NCBI GenBank assembly: GCA_016748015.1
Contig: JAAOMT010000786.1
Location: forward strand, 193,903-257,902
Source: Geosiphon pyriformis uo1
Lineage: Eukaryota; Fungi; Glomeromycota
Length of the DNA: 64,000 bases
Reading direction: 5' to 3'
A model generated the notes under the pieces. That model had not been told where the DNA came from, made no database searches, and worked only from the letters and a program-made list of their open reading frames with translations. The position numbers and the translations under genes are program-made. Below, in pieces: positions 1 through 12,862 of the stretch (position 1 is its first letter; each line of letters opens with the position of its first letter).

Positions 1-1334
1 CCACAAACTCCAGAATTCCCACCAATTAAACACATATCAGAAACATGACCAAATTGTTTACATTTGGCACAACATGCCAACAAAAGACTAGCCCAGTGCA
101 AACTCACATCCTTGAAAACTGGAACAGAACCAATAGCAGCCAACTTGGATGCTTCATTCTCAAAACAAATAACAACACACCTATCTCATATGTAAGACAC
201 AGGATTATGGCCAATAAAACAGGTTTTCCCACCATAAGCCTCCACCAAAACAGAAAAATTATGGGCTGTGGTGCCAACTGAAAAAGTATAAAGCAAAGTC
301 TAATGCTGATTTCTAAACACCTATGTTTGTTTGTCCTCATTTGTCAAAGCCACACACACAAAATTTTTTTCCATAAACACCAACCATTTAAAAGCAACCA
401 GACTGGCCACCTCAGATAACTTAAACTCTATAATAGCCTTCTGCCAAAGTCCAATCAACTGCATTTTAATCGAAATAATCTTGCCAAATTTGGAGAAAAC
501 CGACTCCACTGCTAATCTGAAAAAATCCACTGAGATCTCCTTGACAATCACCTCCTGATTTGACTGGCTGTTTACTTTTCTAAAATTATTATTAACAAGA
601 ATATTATTACTAATTGTCAGCACTTTAGCCTTATTTAAACTAGATTCTGATATAAAAGATAATCTGATTATTCCAAAGAATTTTGAGAAAGTGGAGGCAC
701 CTCCAAAACCATTCACTTAATAAAAAATTTTTTTTATTGAAATTAATTTATTACCAACTAACTTGTCAGGCACCACAGAAAACTCAATATCAAGTGTAAA
801 AAATTTTGTCAAATTAAAACACTGCATTTCCAGGGCACATGATTTAAGCAGTGGCACCTAATTGGACCTGATATCTATACAAGGAGGAAGCTTTAGTGCA
901 ATATCATTATCACTCATACTTTCGAAAAAAGATTGCTTCAGTGAGTTACACAGCACATATGTCTGAGTGCAAGTCTTTCTCGGCATAGTATCATCCATGT
1001 TATTGTTCTTACCTAATTCTGCATAACTGGTCTCCTCGGTCACTATGTTTGTCATGTTTTCTACATCCAAGAGATTGCTTATACTGCCAGCAATACTGCC
1101 AATCTCACTTTCCTAGGACACCTCAGGCTTGACGCCAACACTACTAATATTTTCCATGCTTAATGAACTAGCAGATAAGTCAATTACATTACTGGCTACA
1201 GGCTTTTTTGGCTTCTTGTAGAATGCACTACATGAGTAGACTATATCCATACACTTACTTTTTACATTTTGGCGGGTCTCCAAACCAGCTAAAATCAAAC
1301 CCAAACCACTAGCAGAAGAGCTCATTAGTTCTAT
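1..1334 (-). pseudogene. LINE ORF1 (RRM-like + zinc-knuckle RNA-binding protein), disrupted
   Basis: Fragments align with the other ORF1 copies. The probable start has decayed ATG->ATA at 1332-1334. Internal stops are present. Confidence 0.85.
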
Positions 1335-1459
1335 CGCAACAAACAGAGATATAGTAAAAGAAATAGCTAATAGAGACTAGAGGAAAAGAAGAAAGAAAAG
1401 TGACTCCTTCAAAGTTATTAATGCTCTCATTGTGGTTAGGTGATTGACAAGAGAAAAAA
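1..1459 (-). mobile_element. LINE copy a: 5' end (5'UTR + ORF1); runs off the left edge of the window
   Basis: Minus-strand ORFs 321-716, 858-1070 and 1113-1325 are homologous to ORF1 of the LINEs at 5277-12997 and 13450-20334 (GFGGASTxSKF, SIKMQLIGLWQKA). The 5' terminus TTTCTCTTGTCAATC...ACCACAATGAGAGCATT matches that of copy d (20290-20334). Confidence 0.9.
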
Positions 1460-2410
1460 TATTTTACTTTAATTTTAAATATTTTAAAAGTATTTTTTAA
1501 AATATTAATAGTAAAAAATTGTCTTTAATAATTTTTAAACTATTTTTTTATTTTTAATTGGTAATTTTTTTTAATTAAAGATTTTTAAGAGAATATTAAA
1601 ATTAAAATTAATTTTATTTTTATTTTTTTGAAAATTTCAAAGTATTTAATAATAAACTAGTTAATAAACTGGTTTTTTTTGCTTTTATTACTATTATTAT
1701 TACTATTATTACTTTATAAATAACCAAAAAAAACCAAAAATTCTAAAAAACAGCAATAATTATTTGTATTTACTATTATTATACTGAACTTTTTTGTGAT
1801 TTCAAATAAAATTTTGAATAAAATTTTTATAATAATAATTAGTTTTTTTAGTATAGATAATAATAATATTAATATATTTTTTAAGATAAATCAAAATTAA
1901 TTATTAATTATATTGTCAATATAATGTTTTTTAACAAATTATTACCAGTTCTAAAAGCAAAAAAACATGTTTTTGAACATATTTTTACTTAATTAACTTA
2001 TAAAATTATTTTGATTTTAAAAATTAAGTTAATTAAATAAAAAGCAAATCAACTGTTTTTTTTTAATTTAATTTTAAAAAATCTTTAATATAAAATAAAA
2101 ATTCGAATATTGTTTTTTTATTAAAATAAATTAATAAACAAAAATAATTTTAAATATTTTAAAATATTTTAATTAAACAACATTTTATTAAAAGCCAATA
2201 AATTTTACACAAAAAAACTTAATATTTTTTTTAATAATTAACTTTATATTAAACATAAAATAAAATACAGTCTTTATATAAATTATTTTAATTTAAAAAA
2301 ATATTAAATATTAAAACAAAGATTGTTTATTTAAAAAATTTTAACAATTAATAATTATTTTTAAATATTGTTAAAACTAAGAGAATTTTTAAAAAACAAA
2401 AATGTTTTAA
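1460..2410 (+). repeat. Extremely AT-rich decayed ('ghost') repeat
   Basis: 1477-1710 aligns colinearly by eye with 20478-20699; the sequence is almost devoid of G/C. Confidence 0.65.
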
Positions 2411-2424
2411 TTTGTATTTTATTT

Positions 2425-4984
2425 TTTTATTTTTTAAACAGTTTTATAAGTTCAGTCTAACCACTATCTAATATACAAAAACAAAGCAAAATAAATCAAA
2501 CTAAATGTGGCTCATGCACTTTTTACATGTGACCAGTCACTCGGCTTATCAAAGTAGCACTACACACTTACAAAAACTCTATTATCATTATCCAAGCCTG
2601 AAAAAAACAAACTCTCTCTTCTAGAACCAAAACTAACAGCAAATAATTCAATGATACCAAGCATGTAAACTACACCTTCAGACAACCAACTGGGCAAACC
2701 ATGTAAAAGAGCAAAGACTCTATCTGTAACACAAACCAAACCACTTTTTTCCATAATAATTCGAAATTTAGATTTTAATAACCATGCTCTACTACAATAG
2801 TCTTTGGTCAAATAGTAGACAAAATCGATGACAATTAACATAGCTTTCTTTCTGTTTCCAAAAACAGAAATAGCTTTCTTAACCCAATCTACAAAAACAA
2901 AATCTTTGTACAACTTGGTGTACACAACACCATCTGAGGCTTCTATAAGAGTAAGGAGCACTAAAGACAAAACTGGAAGACAATTACTTACTAAAGACTT
3001 CCATAAGTCAATATAACTGGAGACAACTTCAGAATACATCACCACATTTGTAGAATACATAAAAGCATGATTAGAGAATTCAATATCACCACACATCAGA
3101 CACAAAACACTTGGGTAGCACTTGTTATATAATCTTTTACAGACAGCCACTGGCAACTTTCTGTGTACAGTCTTTATTAGATAAGTATGCAAGACTGCTA
3201 ACTTTCTATTAGTAAACCCTATCAACATATGAAAGTTAGGATACCAAACAGAGGCAGTACACTCCCAGTCAACACACTAGATATCCAAACTATCCAAAAC
3301 ATTAGCACCAGGCTCAGCCTTCCATAAAACTCAGTTCACTGTACAATAGATATCACAAATAAAATGATGAACATTACCAGAGACAATGAGACCATCTGTC
3401 ACAAAAAACTTATTAGAAACACCAGCTAGAAGAACCAAGTCCAAATGCACTACAGCGTGAGTAAGAGCATCTACATGATTATTGTCCACAATGTCTAAAT
3501 GCTTTTTTATCTTAACTTACCTTACTGAAATGTCTTTTGATTTAATCAAATTAGCAATATAATGTCTTTTCACTTAGCAACTATTTTAGAAGTCAGGCTG
3601 GCACAAATCACTTTCCAGCACACAAGCATTTAAAGCCATTTGGCTATTCAAATAAAACATAACAGAGCACAATAAAAGAATGCACTCTAATGTCAAAACA
3701 ATTGCCTGTAGTTTCACTAAAGTGAAAGATAACAAACCCTAAACTTTAATGTCCACACCCAAGCCAATCTTAGAAAAAAAAGCCACTACCTCACAAGCTA
3801 CATCTCTCATATTTAGATCACTCAATAAACCATCAATATATATATTTAACTTACTGGTCTAGACTTCATGTAAACATTTATAAACACACAAGTAATTACT
3901 TGAACATAAAAAATTAGAACAGTTCATAACAGCTTCACACACCCCAAATTATGCTAAACAATTATTCATATACACAAAAACCTTAATAAACCAAGATGGC
4001 ACCAAATCTCTAGAACTTAATCTTTTTCAATGCCAAAAAGTTTTCCAATCCATAACATGATCATGCTTAGTTACCAGAACATCTCCAAAAGCAACACCAA
4101 AATGCTTTAAAGAATACATTACATCAAAATAGTTGGTAGTTTCAAGAATCTTAGACATAGAAAAACAACCAAAACCATGAAACACACAAGGCATATGATT
4201 GAATAAAAAAATATTTATGTCAATGAAGATTCTTACAACTCCTGCCAGAAAATTATTCAATAAGCATACTTTTAACTTGACCAGATAACACAAAGAATTA
4301 AAAAGTGCCCACCTCAAAATCTGTAAATTCAAAACACAGTATTCAAACAAACAGCCAAGAATTCCAGACACATTAGAGAAACCAATCACCAAGACAATTT
4401 TGGATTCAGTCTGTATCTGCTCAAATGACTTCAGACCATACAGAGACAGATGATGTAAGGTCTTATTGAAGAAATCTTTTGGCAATAAAACCTTAGACCT
4501 AAAACCCTTTTTGATTAAAACATCTCACTTTCAGTAAACATTCTTGACAATAAAACTGAATTGTATATAATAACAGATAATAGACTGAAAGACTGCTGAA
4601 ACCAAATAAGAGAACTGCTTATTAGAAATTGCTTTTTTTAAAATCATATTCAAGAAAAATTTAACATCTGCATGAGCCTTAGAAAGACTCAGCTTGGACA
4701 GACCCTCTGTTGACAAAAAAATACCCAAATATTTATAAAATTCATTATCTTTTACTATAGAGATGGGCTTACCACTGATAAACAAAGACACATTTGTCAT
4801 TCTCGGGTTAATAAAAATGGCCACAGTCTTGTCATTGTTTATAAAAATATTATTGAGCTCAAAAAATTGGCTTACAATATCCAAAATGTATTGTATAGAA
4901 GTCTAATCATTCCCCATTCAAATTATATCATCAACAAATATACCTGCTGCAAAGAATACAGACTTACTATTACTAGATTCAACT
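2425..4984 (-). mobile_element. LINE copy b, 5'-truncated inside RT, with 14-bp TSD
   Basis: TSD TTTGTATTTTATTT at 2411-2424 and 4985-4998. A-rich tail. 3'UTR motif CTGGTCACATGTA is shared with copies c and d. ORF fragments cover RT (FVDD region near 4930), RNase H and CxxC..H. Confidence 0.92.
2560..4984 (-). pseudogene. LINE ORF2 C-terminal half (RT end, RNase H, Zn finger)
   Basis: ORFs 4531-4884, 4027-4485 and 2560-3228 are homologous to ORF2 at 10157-12862. Confidence 0.9.
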
Positions 4985-5411
4985 TTTGTATTTTATTTGT
5001 AATTAAATAATTTAATATAATATATTTTTATAATTTATATTTTTAAAATTAATTATATTTACATATAAATTTAAAAAATAATTAATAATAAAATAAATAT
5101 TGTTTTATAATAAATATTTTATTAGAATAAAATAGCATAAATTTTAATGTTTTATAGAATATTAAATTTTAAAAGTTTTGTTAATTTTTAAAAAATTTTG
5201 ATGTAATTTAAAAACTTTATTAATTTATTTTTTGTATTTATATTTATAAATGTTTTTTATAATAAACAGAACAAAACTTCTTTCTCTTCTTCATCCAAAA
5301 TTCCCAAAAAAGAGTCAAAAGTTTTTTTGAAAGAAGTTTTTTACCATTTAGTACGATAAATCAAAACTGTTCTTCAATTACGAGACCACTGTTGGCTCTG
5401 TTATTGTTGTT

Positions 5412-7211
5412 ATGAAGAAGACTATTAAAGTTTCTGGTGCTGAGAGTGGTTTCAAGATGGTTGTGTCAAGGAAAAAGAGAAAGAAAGATGTATTGACAGA
5501 GGATATTAATAATAGAAAGATTGCTGCTGAAGCTCCTGGTACTTGTTTATGGGGTTCTGAGACAGGTGACACTACTGAGTCTGAAAGTATTGACATGGAA
5601 AAGAAGTGCCTGGTTAAAAAAACCAGTGTTAATTATGGTGAAAGTGGTGCTTTCGTGGAAGGGGATCCTAATCAAACACCAAAGAGTTTATGTATAAAGA
5701 CCAAAAAGGTGTTAGGGAAGCCTCTGGGTATAATTGATTATGGTACTGTCAATACAGACGATGACGTGTTAGATGATTTCTTTTTTTTTCTGTCCCTTCT
5801 ACCTATCAAACTAACCATTCAAGTGCCTGTTCGCAAATCCTTTGCTTTAGATATTGATCTTGTGGCCATCACTGGGAAGTCCTTTCAGGAAAAATTGAGT
5901 TTTATTAGGAAAATTTTTTCAAGTGTGAATGGTTTTGGAGGGGCTTCTACTCCCTCAAAATTCAGTGGAATTATTTGTGCAACTTTCACTTTAGAAAAGG
6001 CAATGATGGCTGCTAAGAAGTTGGCAAATGATCATGGTGTTATGGTAAACACCGATCTCAAGTGCTCTATAAACAATCATATAGATTGGGCAATTGTGAT
6101 AAAAAAAATTCCTGTGGGAACTTCTATGGAGGCTGTGTGCACTGCCATGTTCAAGTTTGGATTGATTAAGTTGATCAAGATGCAACTTGTGGGTCTGTGG
6201 CAAAAAGCAATTATCAAATTAGAAGATCAGAATCAGGCTGATCTCTTGGCATCCAAATGGTCTATTCTCATTGAAAAGAATACAGTACATGTGGCCAGGG
6301 CCAATGTTGACAAACAGACATGAGATTCCAGGGACAAATTCAGGATGCTGCTATACACTCTTCCTGTAGGGACAAATGCTTATGATCTTTGGGATTTCAT
6401 TGGTTTGGTTGGTGGGAAAACATGTGTTATTAATCATAATCCTGTTAGCTACGCTCATGCTCACTGTATTACTGTTTGCTTTGGGTCTGAATCTGATCTG
6501 GTTAGTGTGATAGCTGCAATCCCAGTTATAAAAGGGATTGGCCTTCACTGGTCCCACCTCTCTTTGACACTGTGCTCGGTCTGTGGTCTTTCTGGTCATA
6601 CATCTCTTAATTGTGTTTTGGTTAAGGTTGGTTTGACCCTAAGGGGCAGAAAGGCATCTCTTTCTGCTCAGGATCAGGTCAAATTGGCAACTATCTACAC
6701 TCGGAAATCTATGCTCATTTCTCATCCATTGGCCTTCAGTGATAAGACTTGGGTATTAGTTGTTGGTGCTCCTCCAGTATGCAATTCTCATGGTGCTGGT
6801 TTGCTTTTTGGTTCTAACAATGTTGGTAAACCTCTCTCTTCTGCTGCGGATGATTTGGAAAAACGTTTGGTTCGCATTGAAAGCAGTCTTGTCAGTCTCA
6901 CAGGACAAATTGGTGAGTTGGCTAAGAGGTTGGAATCATTCATGCCAGCAGTTTCCCAGCCTAGCCCTGGATGTCAGCTGCCAGTAACCCCCCCATTGCA
7001 GAATCAAGGGGAGGATATAGTGATGGGAGTGGGTTCAGGTGATGCCACTAGTGACAAGACTGCTGCTGTTCTGAGTACAACTGCCTCACCTGAAGTTGTG
7101 AAATTGGAAAACATGTTGAAAGGTCTCTCTGCTTCGGTCATAAGCCTATCAGTGTGCTTAGATGGTTTGGCTTTGGCAGGTGGTGCTTTTCCTCTACCTC
7201 TTTCTCAATGA
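5412..7211 (+). pseudogene. LINE ORF1: RRM-like domains, CCHC knuckle, coiled coil
   Basis: ORFs 5412-6323 and 6345-7211 are in the same frame, split by TGA (likely TGG). CSVCGLSGHTSLNC is CX2CX4HX4C; heptad region LEKRLVRIESSLVSLTGQIGELAKRLE. Confidence 0.9.
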
Positions 7212-10200
7212 GTAGTCTGGTATGAAAAATTGCCACATGTAATGTTTGTGGGTTGAACAATCCTGTAAAGCAAGATGATATCATTTATTGACACAAAGAT
7301 ATGAATAATTTGGTTTCTATTTTTACAGAGTTGAAGCTTAAAAGAAAAGTTCGCCCATGGTTGGCCGACAAATTTGATGGTGTTCGGGTTTTCACTTCTG
7401 GTCTAGATTCTGGTTCTTTGGGTGCTGGGGTGTTGATCATCATGAATTTTTCTTTAGCAAAACACGTTTGCAAGGTCTCTGAGGTGCCTGGTTGGCTCCT
7501 ATCCATCAAGTTGCTTTTCAAAAATAAACTTTCAGTATCTATTTTGGGGCTCTATGCAGGTGCTTCATTGGTGGTTTGGTTTTCTCAGGCTGGTGAAATC
7601 AACTCTCTTATTGCTAAAGCCATTAATGAGTCTTTTTTTGTTATTCTTGGTGGTGATTTTAATAAAGATGGTTCTCACAAATGTGCTAGTTTCAAAAAAT
7701 GTTTTGATTTGGGTTTAATTAACTCTCTAGGGAGGGAGCTCTTTTGTGAAGTTATCTACTTGATGCAATTTTCATGGTATCACTAAGACAATTGACTACA
7801 TGTTTGTTTCTTCTAATTTGGTTGATGCGGTGGTGAATTGTAGTGTGAATAGTGTTGGGGACTATTTTGATACTAATGTTACCGGAGGTTTTTGGTCTCT
7901 TTTCTTAAATGTTGGTAATGTTGATTTGCTGTGAATTCATGTTTTCAGAAAGTAGTTGAACCTCCAGTAACTGAATTTATCTTCAAATTATCTCCTATAA
8001 TTCGAACTGCTGGGCTTATAAGTGGAATAGCCAATTCTTTGCAAGTTACTTTATGTAGTTACATTGTAGTAAACGTCAACTCTTTCCCAGCAATTGCTTG
8101 TCTGGAAGCTTACTAAAAATGTGTAGTTACTTTGCTGTGAAAGTCAACTCTTCTACAGGAATCTCGTCTGTAGACTACCTTAATGATTGTAATGAGAAAA
8201 AAAAAGAAAAATAAAAAAAATATAAAAGAAATAGGATTTTATCAAGGGAAATGTTTTCTATCCAGGCCTGGAATCACTAACAGATTACTGAAATTAGTAG
8301 CTAATCAATTTCAAAACGTTAGTTGGGTTTTGGGAATTTTCCAAGTGCAATAATTAAAGAATTTGGTTTTTTCAAATTATTTGATATTTATTTCTTTTTG
8401 TGTGTATAGGAATGATTCTAAGTAATAAATCTAAAGTAAGATACATTTTTTTGAAGAGAAAAGCTCTTTTTTTATACAACTTGTTGTAATACTAGTCTAT
8501 GAACTTGCACTTTTTCTCTTTGCTCAAATTTTGGCAAATTAAAGATACATTTTAATGAACTACAAGTTATTTTGCTGAATTATTAATTAATTTGGGTGAA
8601 CTATTCATAATTTTGGCAAATTTCTGTAAATTTCAGCGAGTTTTTGAATATTACAAAGTTCAGAGTATTGTGTAATTTGATCATCCTACTTTTTGTTATA
8701 CTAATTAGATTATTTTGATTGAATCATGATATGTGATAATTGATTAAATAATAAATGATAATTTGAAATGATATTAATATACTAATTAATTATAGGTATT
8801 ATAAGGGTAATTTCATGGTAATTAATAGCTAGAATTCTACTGGTAACACTGATCACAAGACTGTTTATGTTTCTGTGGAACTGGATGGCCTGCTTGATGT
8901 CTAGTTGAACTCACTGCGCAAACAAGCAAATAAAGATTGTTAGAAGTATGATATCAAAGATGCCAGTGTAATTAAGTGGTCAGAATTCAGGGATGCTACA
9001 GCTGCTAATGCTGTTATGTTCTTGGATGAGTTTGTTGCAGCTAAGTGGTTTTCTGATCTGGATGTGATGTGGGACATTGTTTGTAAGGTTATGGTTCTTT
9101 TGGCTGGTAGAACATTCAAAAAAATATGGTTTAAGGGTTTCAATTGTGTTTTTAATAAGGTGTTTTCCCAGTTTCATAAACTGAAGCTACTTGTGTCTAA
9201 ACTAGTAAAGGCTTCTTGGTTGGTTTCTGGTGGAAATTTTGCCTCGTTGTTGGACACTTGGAACAGGCTTGATTCTGTGGGTGCTTCACCAGTGAAATCT
9301 CTGTTTCTTTTTGGCACTGGTTTTGATGCAATCTATTCTGGGCTGGCTAAGGTGAAAAAGTTTTACTGCTCTTCCAAGTTGTTGGAATCTAAGCATGCTG
9401 AAGAATCTCATATAAGGCAGGCTATTGAGAGGAGAATGGAAAGTTTTGAGGTGGATAAGGGTCACACCATTAGAAGTGTTTTGGAGCATCCTTTTCGAAA
9501 AGTGGTGTTGAATCATTTGGTGGATGGTGGGGAGTTGGTCTTGGAGCCTGAGCTGATTAAATCTAAGGTAGATGTAATCATGGAGAGTTGGACTAGGAAA
9601 TGTGTGGTGGCTTCTGATATCTCTGGTGATTGGGCAAGACAATTTCGGCCTTTGGATCATGTCTTCAATAGTGTCTTCTCTAATGTGATGCATTCAATCA
9701 GTTTTGATAAAATGTTTGGTATTATTTCTAATTTGCCCAATGGGAAAGCAGCTGGTCTTTCTGGTATTACTAATGAACTTTGGAAACACTGTGACAAGTT
9801 AGTCTTGGATATGCTTTTGGTGTTCTTAAATTTTTGTTTGGATTGTGAGTCAGTGCCTAGACCTTGGAGGGAAGCCTGGGTCTCGATGATTCTTAAACCT
9901 TATGAGTGAGAGAGGGTTCTTACAAATACCCACCCCATTGCTTTAATTGAGACAGCTCACAAAGTCTTTTTCAAGATTTTTTCAGATCGGATCTCTCTGG
10001 CTTATAGCACTTTTGATGTCCTCCATGGGGACAATTTCTCTGTCCTGAAAGGTACGTCTACTCAATTGTCTATCTTCGCTATTGGTTCAGTGATCAAAGA
10101 TGTTTTGGAAAAGAACCGAGAGTTGTAACTAGTTTTATAGAATATGTGCAAAGCTTATGATTCTGTTGGTTGGGAGGAGTTTGATCAGGATCAAAATGTG

Positions 10201-12862
10201 TGACAAATTTATCAGATTTTTTGGTAGCATTTATAATGGTCGCACTAACAGAGTAATGATGAATTTTGATTTAACTGATGGATATCATGTTCATGATGGA
10301 TTGGATCAGAGGGAGATTTTTTCACCACTTCTCTGGCACATATTTTATGATTTGCTTTTGGGTGAGGTTAAGAGACAAGAGAGCATTTGTGGTTACAGGT
10401 TGATTTCTCATTTCATTTTTAAGACTGACCAGGTGGAATCTCAAGCTGGGCTGATGTCATTTCTGGCTGCTAATGTTTTTGTTGATGATACTATCTGGGT
10501 CAGTAGCAGTCAGGCTGCTACACAACACATCCTCAATGTTGCTAGTGATTTCTTTCACTTAAATAACATTTCGATAAACAATGACAAGACTGTGACCATT
10601 CCTATCAACTGTTGGGTCACTGTTCTTTATCTGACTATCAGTGGTCTGCCAATTTCCATTGCTAAAAGAGGTGAACCTCATTGTTATCTGGAGATTTTTT
10701 TATTTTCTGAGGGTTTTTTGAAGCCTAGCTTAGTTAAGGCACATTTGGATGTTTGGTTTTTCATTAATCACATTCTAAGAAAAGTTATTTCAAATAAACA
10801 GTTTGCTTATTTGGTGTCTTCAGTTTTCTTTCTAATCATTAGCTACAAAACTCAATTCAGTTTTATTTTTTTCAATGTGTGTAATAAATGGGATGCTTTG
10901 ATTTGCAAGAACCTGAAATTCAAATCTGGGCTGTCTCTGGACTTTCCCAATGATGCACTTTATCATTTTTCCTTGTACAATTTAAAAACATTTGAGCAGA
11001 TTCAGGCTGAAAGCAAGTCGGCTTCTGTTATTGCTTTTGCGAATTCGGTTAGTGTTTTGGGTTACTTGTTTTCTCATAGGTCTCATAATCTCCAGGTTTT
11101 CAGCTGGCGTCTTCATTACCCTTTGTTGTTTCCTGTTCATGTTAGAGTCAGCCCTTTGAACAACTTTTTGGCAGGTATGGTTCGTATTTTTTCTGGGTGT
11201 GATTTATCTTTGAGTGGCTCTCTGGCCGGTGCTTTTCGTCTTTGGGGCAGTACTCCTATGTCTTTAGTTCTCGGTGAGGCAATTTTCTTCAAATGTGTCT
11301 CATCCCTTAGGCATTATGGTATTGCTTTTATAGAACAGCTTTGTGACCAGAATGGCGTTGTTTTTAATTGGAAGACTTTCAAGCATTGGAAAAGACTGAA
11401 CTTCCATGGTCTGGTCTCCTCCTGGTTTGATCTCTCTGTTCGTTTTTTTGGTAGTGTAGCTTTTCCTTCTGGTTGTTTTTCTCATGAGGGTGGATGTGGC
11501 TCTTCTGACATCCATCAGTCTCTTGATTTTGGTGTTATTTGTAATAATCTGTTGAATGTTGGTGCCGCCTGTTTCTCTGTTTACACAGATAGATCTCTGA
11601 GTAACTTGAGCACTGTTGACATGTTGGCTGGTACTGCAGTTTTCTTTGAGGACATTGATTCAGGTCTGGGTGTGGGGGTTTCTGGTTTGGTTTCTTCTAC
11701 TTTGGCAGAATTGCAGACCATTGCTTTAGCTCTTGAGTGTGTTCCTTCTTTTCGTTTGATTGACTTGTTTTCGGACAGTCAGGCGGCTATAGATGCTTAC
11801 AAGTTGGAGTCTTTATTGGTTGGTCCTGATTTCAGGAATTGTTGTTGGATTGAGCACTGTTACATTGCCAATGTCATTCATCGCAAAAATTTGGATGTTA
11901 ATTGGATTAAGATTAAGAGCTATTCGGGTGTTTCAGACAATGAGCATGCTAATGCACTGGCTAAGGATGCTGCCTTTTCTGCCTGGAACCTGCTCTACTT
12001 GATCAGTGAGAGGTTTTTGAAGGCTGGTGTTGATATGGTTTCTGGTAATTCGAGGCATTTTGTTCATAACATATTCAGGTCAATCCATTGCATGTATTGA
12101 AAGATTGGTTCTGGTTCCTGGATTGTTCCAGGTTGTCTGCATGCTAATATTGACTGGTTGAGGTCTTCTCTGGTATGGCACCTGGATTCTCACATGGCAA
12201 CTGGTTTTACTAGTATTCGGACAACTGGTTTTCATACATATTTTATGAAAGCCCTCCATCATCGCCTTCCTGTAGCTGTGTAAAAGCATCTGTATAATAG
12301 GGGTTATTTTAGTGTAGTTTGTTTGTTCTGTGATGAGGTTGAAGTCTCAGACCATGTCTTTTCCTGCTCTTCTAATGCTGATATTTGTGCCAGTTTGTTG
12401 GACACTTATGCAACTGCCTGGGAGGTGCATTCTGGTCTGTTTTGCTCTTTTTTGTGTGTATTGCAGTTGTTGTCAACTTGCATTTCAGATGTGACTGTCA
12501 GTACAGCTCTGTGTAAGGGCTTTGTTTTCAGCAATTGGTATCACAAGTCTGTTTCTGTTTACAAGGATCCTAAGGTGGCAGTGGTTAATGTTGTGAATTT
12601 TGTACATGAGTTTTGTCTTGCATTTCATGATAATATCTGGCTGGTCCGTGCAAAACACCAGGCCATTATGGAGAAGAATAAGCTGATTTCACATGATGGT
12701 TCCATTTCTGTCGCTGTTTCTGGTTTTTCTATGTGGCTTTCGGCTGGAGTGATTAGGTTGTTGGGTGTTGCTGATGTACTTGGCATCAGTTTTGGATATT
12801 ATAAGTGTTGTCTGTTTTATGCAGGTGTTGGTAACATGGCTTCTGTTCATATAAGTGCATAG
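7208..12862 (+). pseudogene. LINE ORF2: APE endonuclease - RT - RNase H - C-terminal Zn finger
   Basis: APE motifs ATCNVxGLN, GGDFN, IDY and DTDH (split by the LTR). RT motifs KAAGLSGI, GLDQ and FVDD. RNase H motifs YTDxSL, LAELQ, SDSQ and KSYSG..NE.AN. CxFC...HVFSC. Confidence 0.93.
7877..8848 (-). mobile_element. Solo LTR, family A (same as the H LTR)
   Basis: Termini TGTTACCGG...CTGGTAACA. 4-bp TSD CTAA/CTGA. Colinear with 58099-59038 and 29601-30553. Removing it restores the LINE APE reading D-Y-F-D-T-D-H-K. Confidence 0.95.

Noticed and set aside
7877-8848. ~0.9-kb elements with short inverted ends as MITEs/DNA transposons
   Set aside because: The same sequences occur next to PPTs and internal Gypsy domains (58099, 29601, 27142), so they are solo LTRs.
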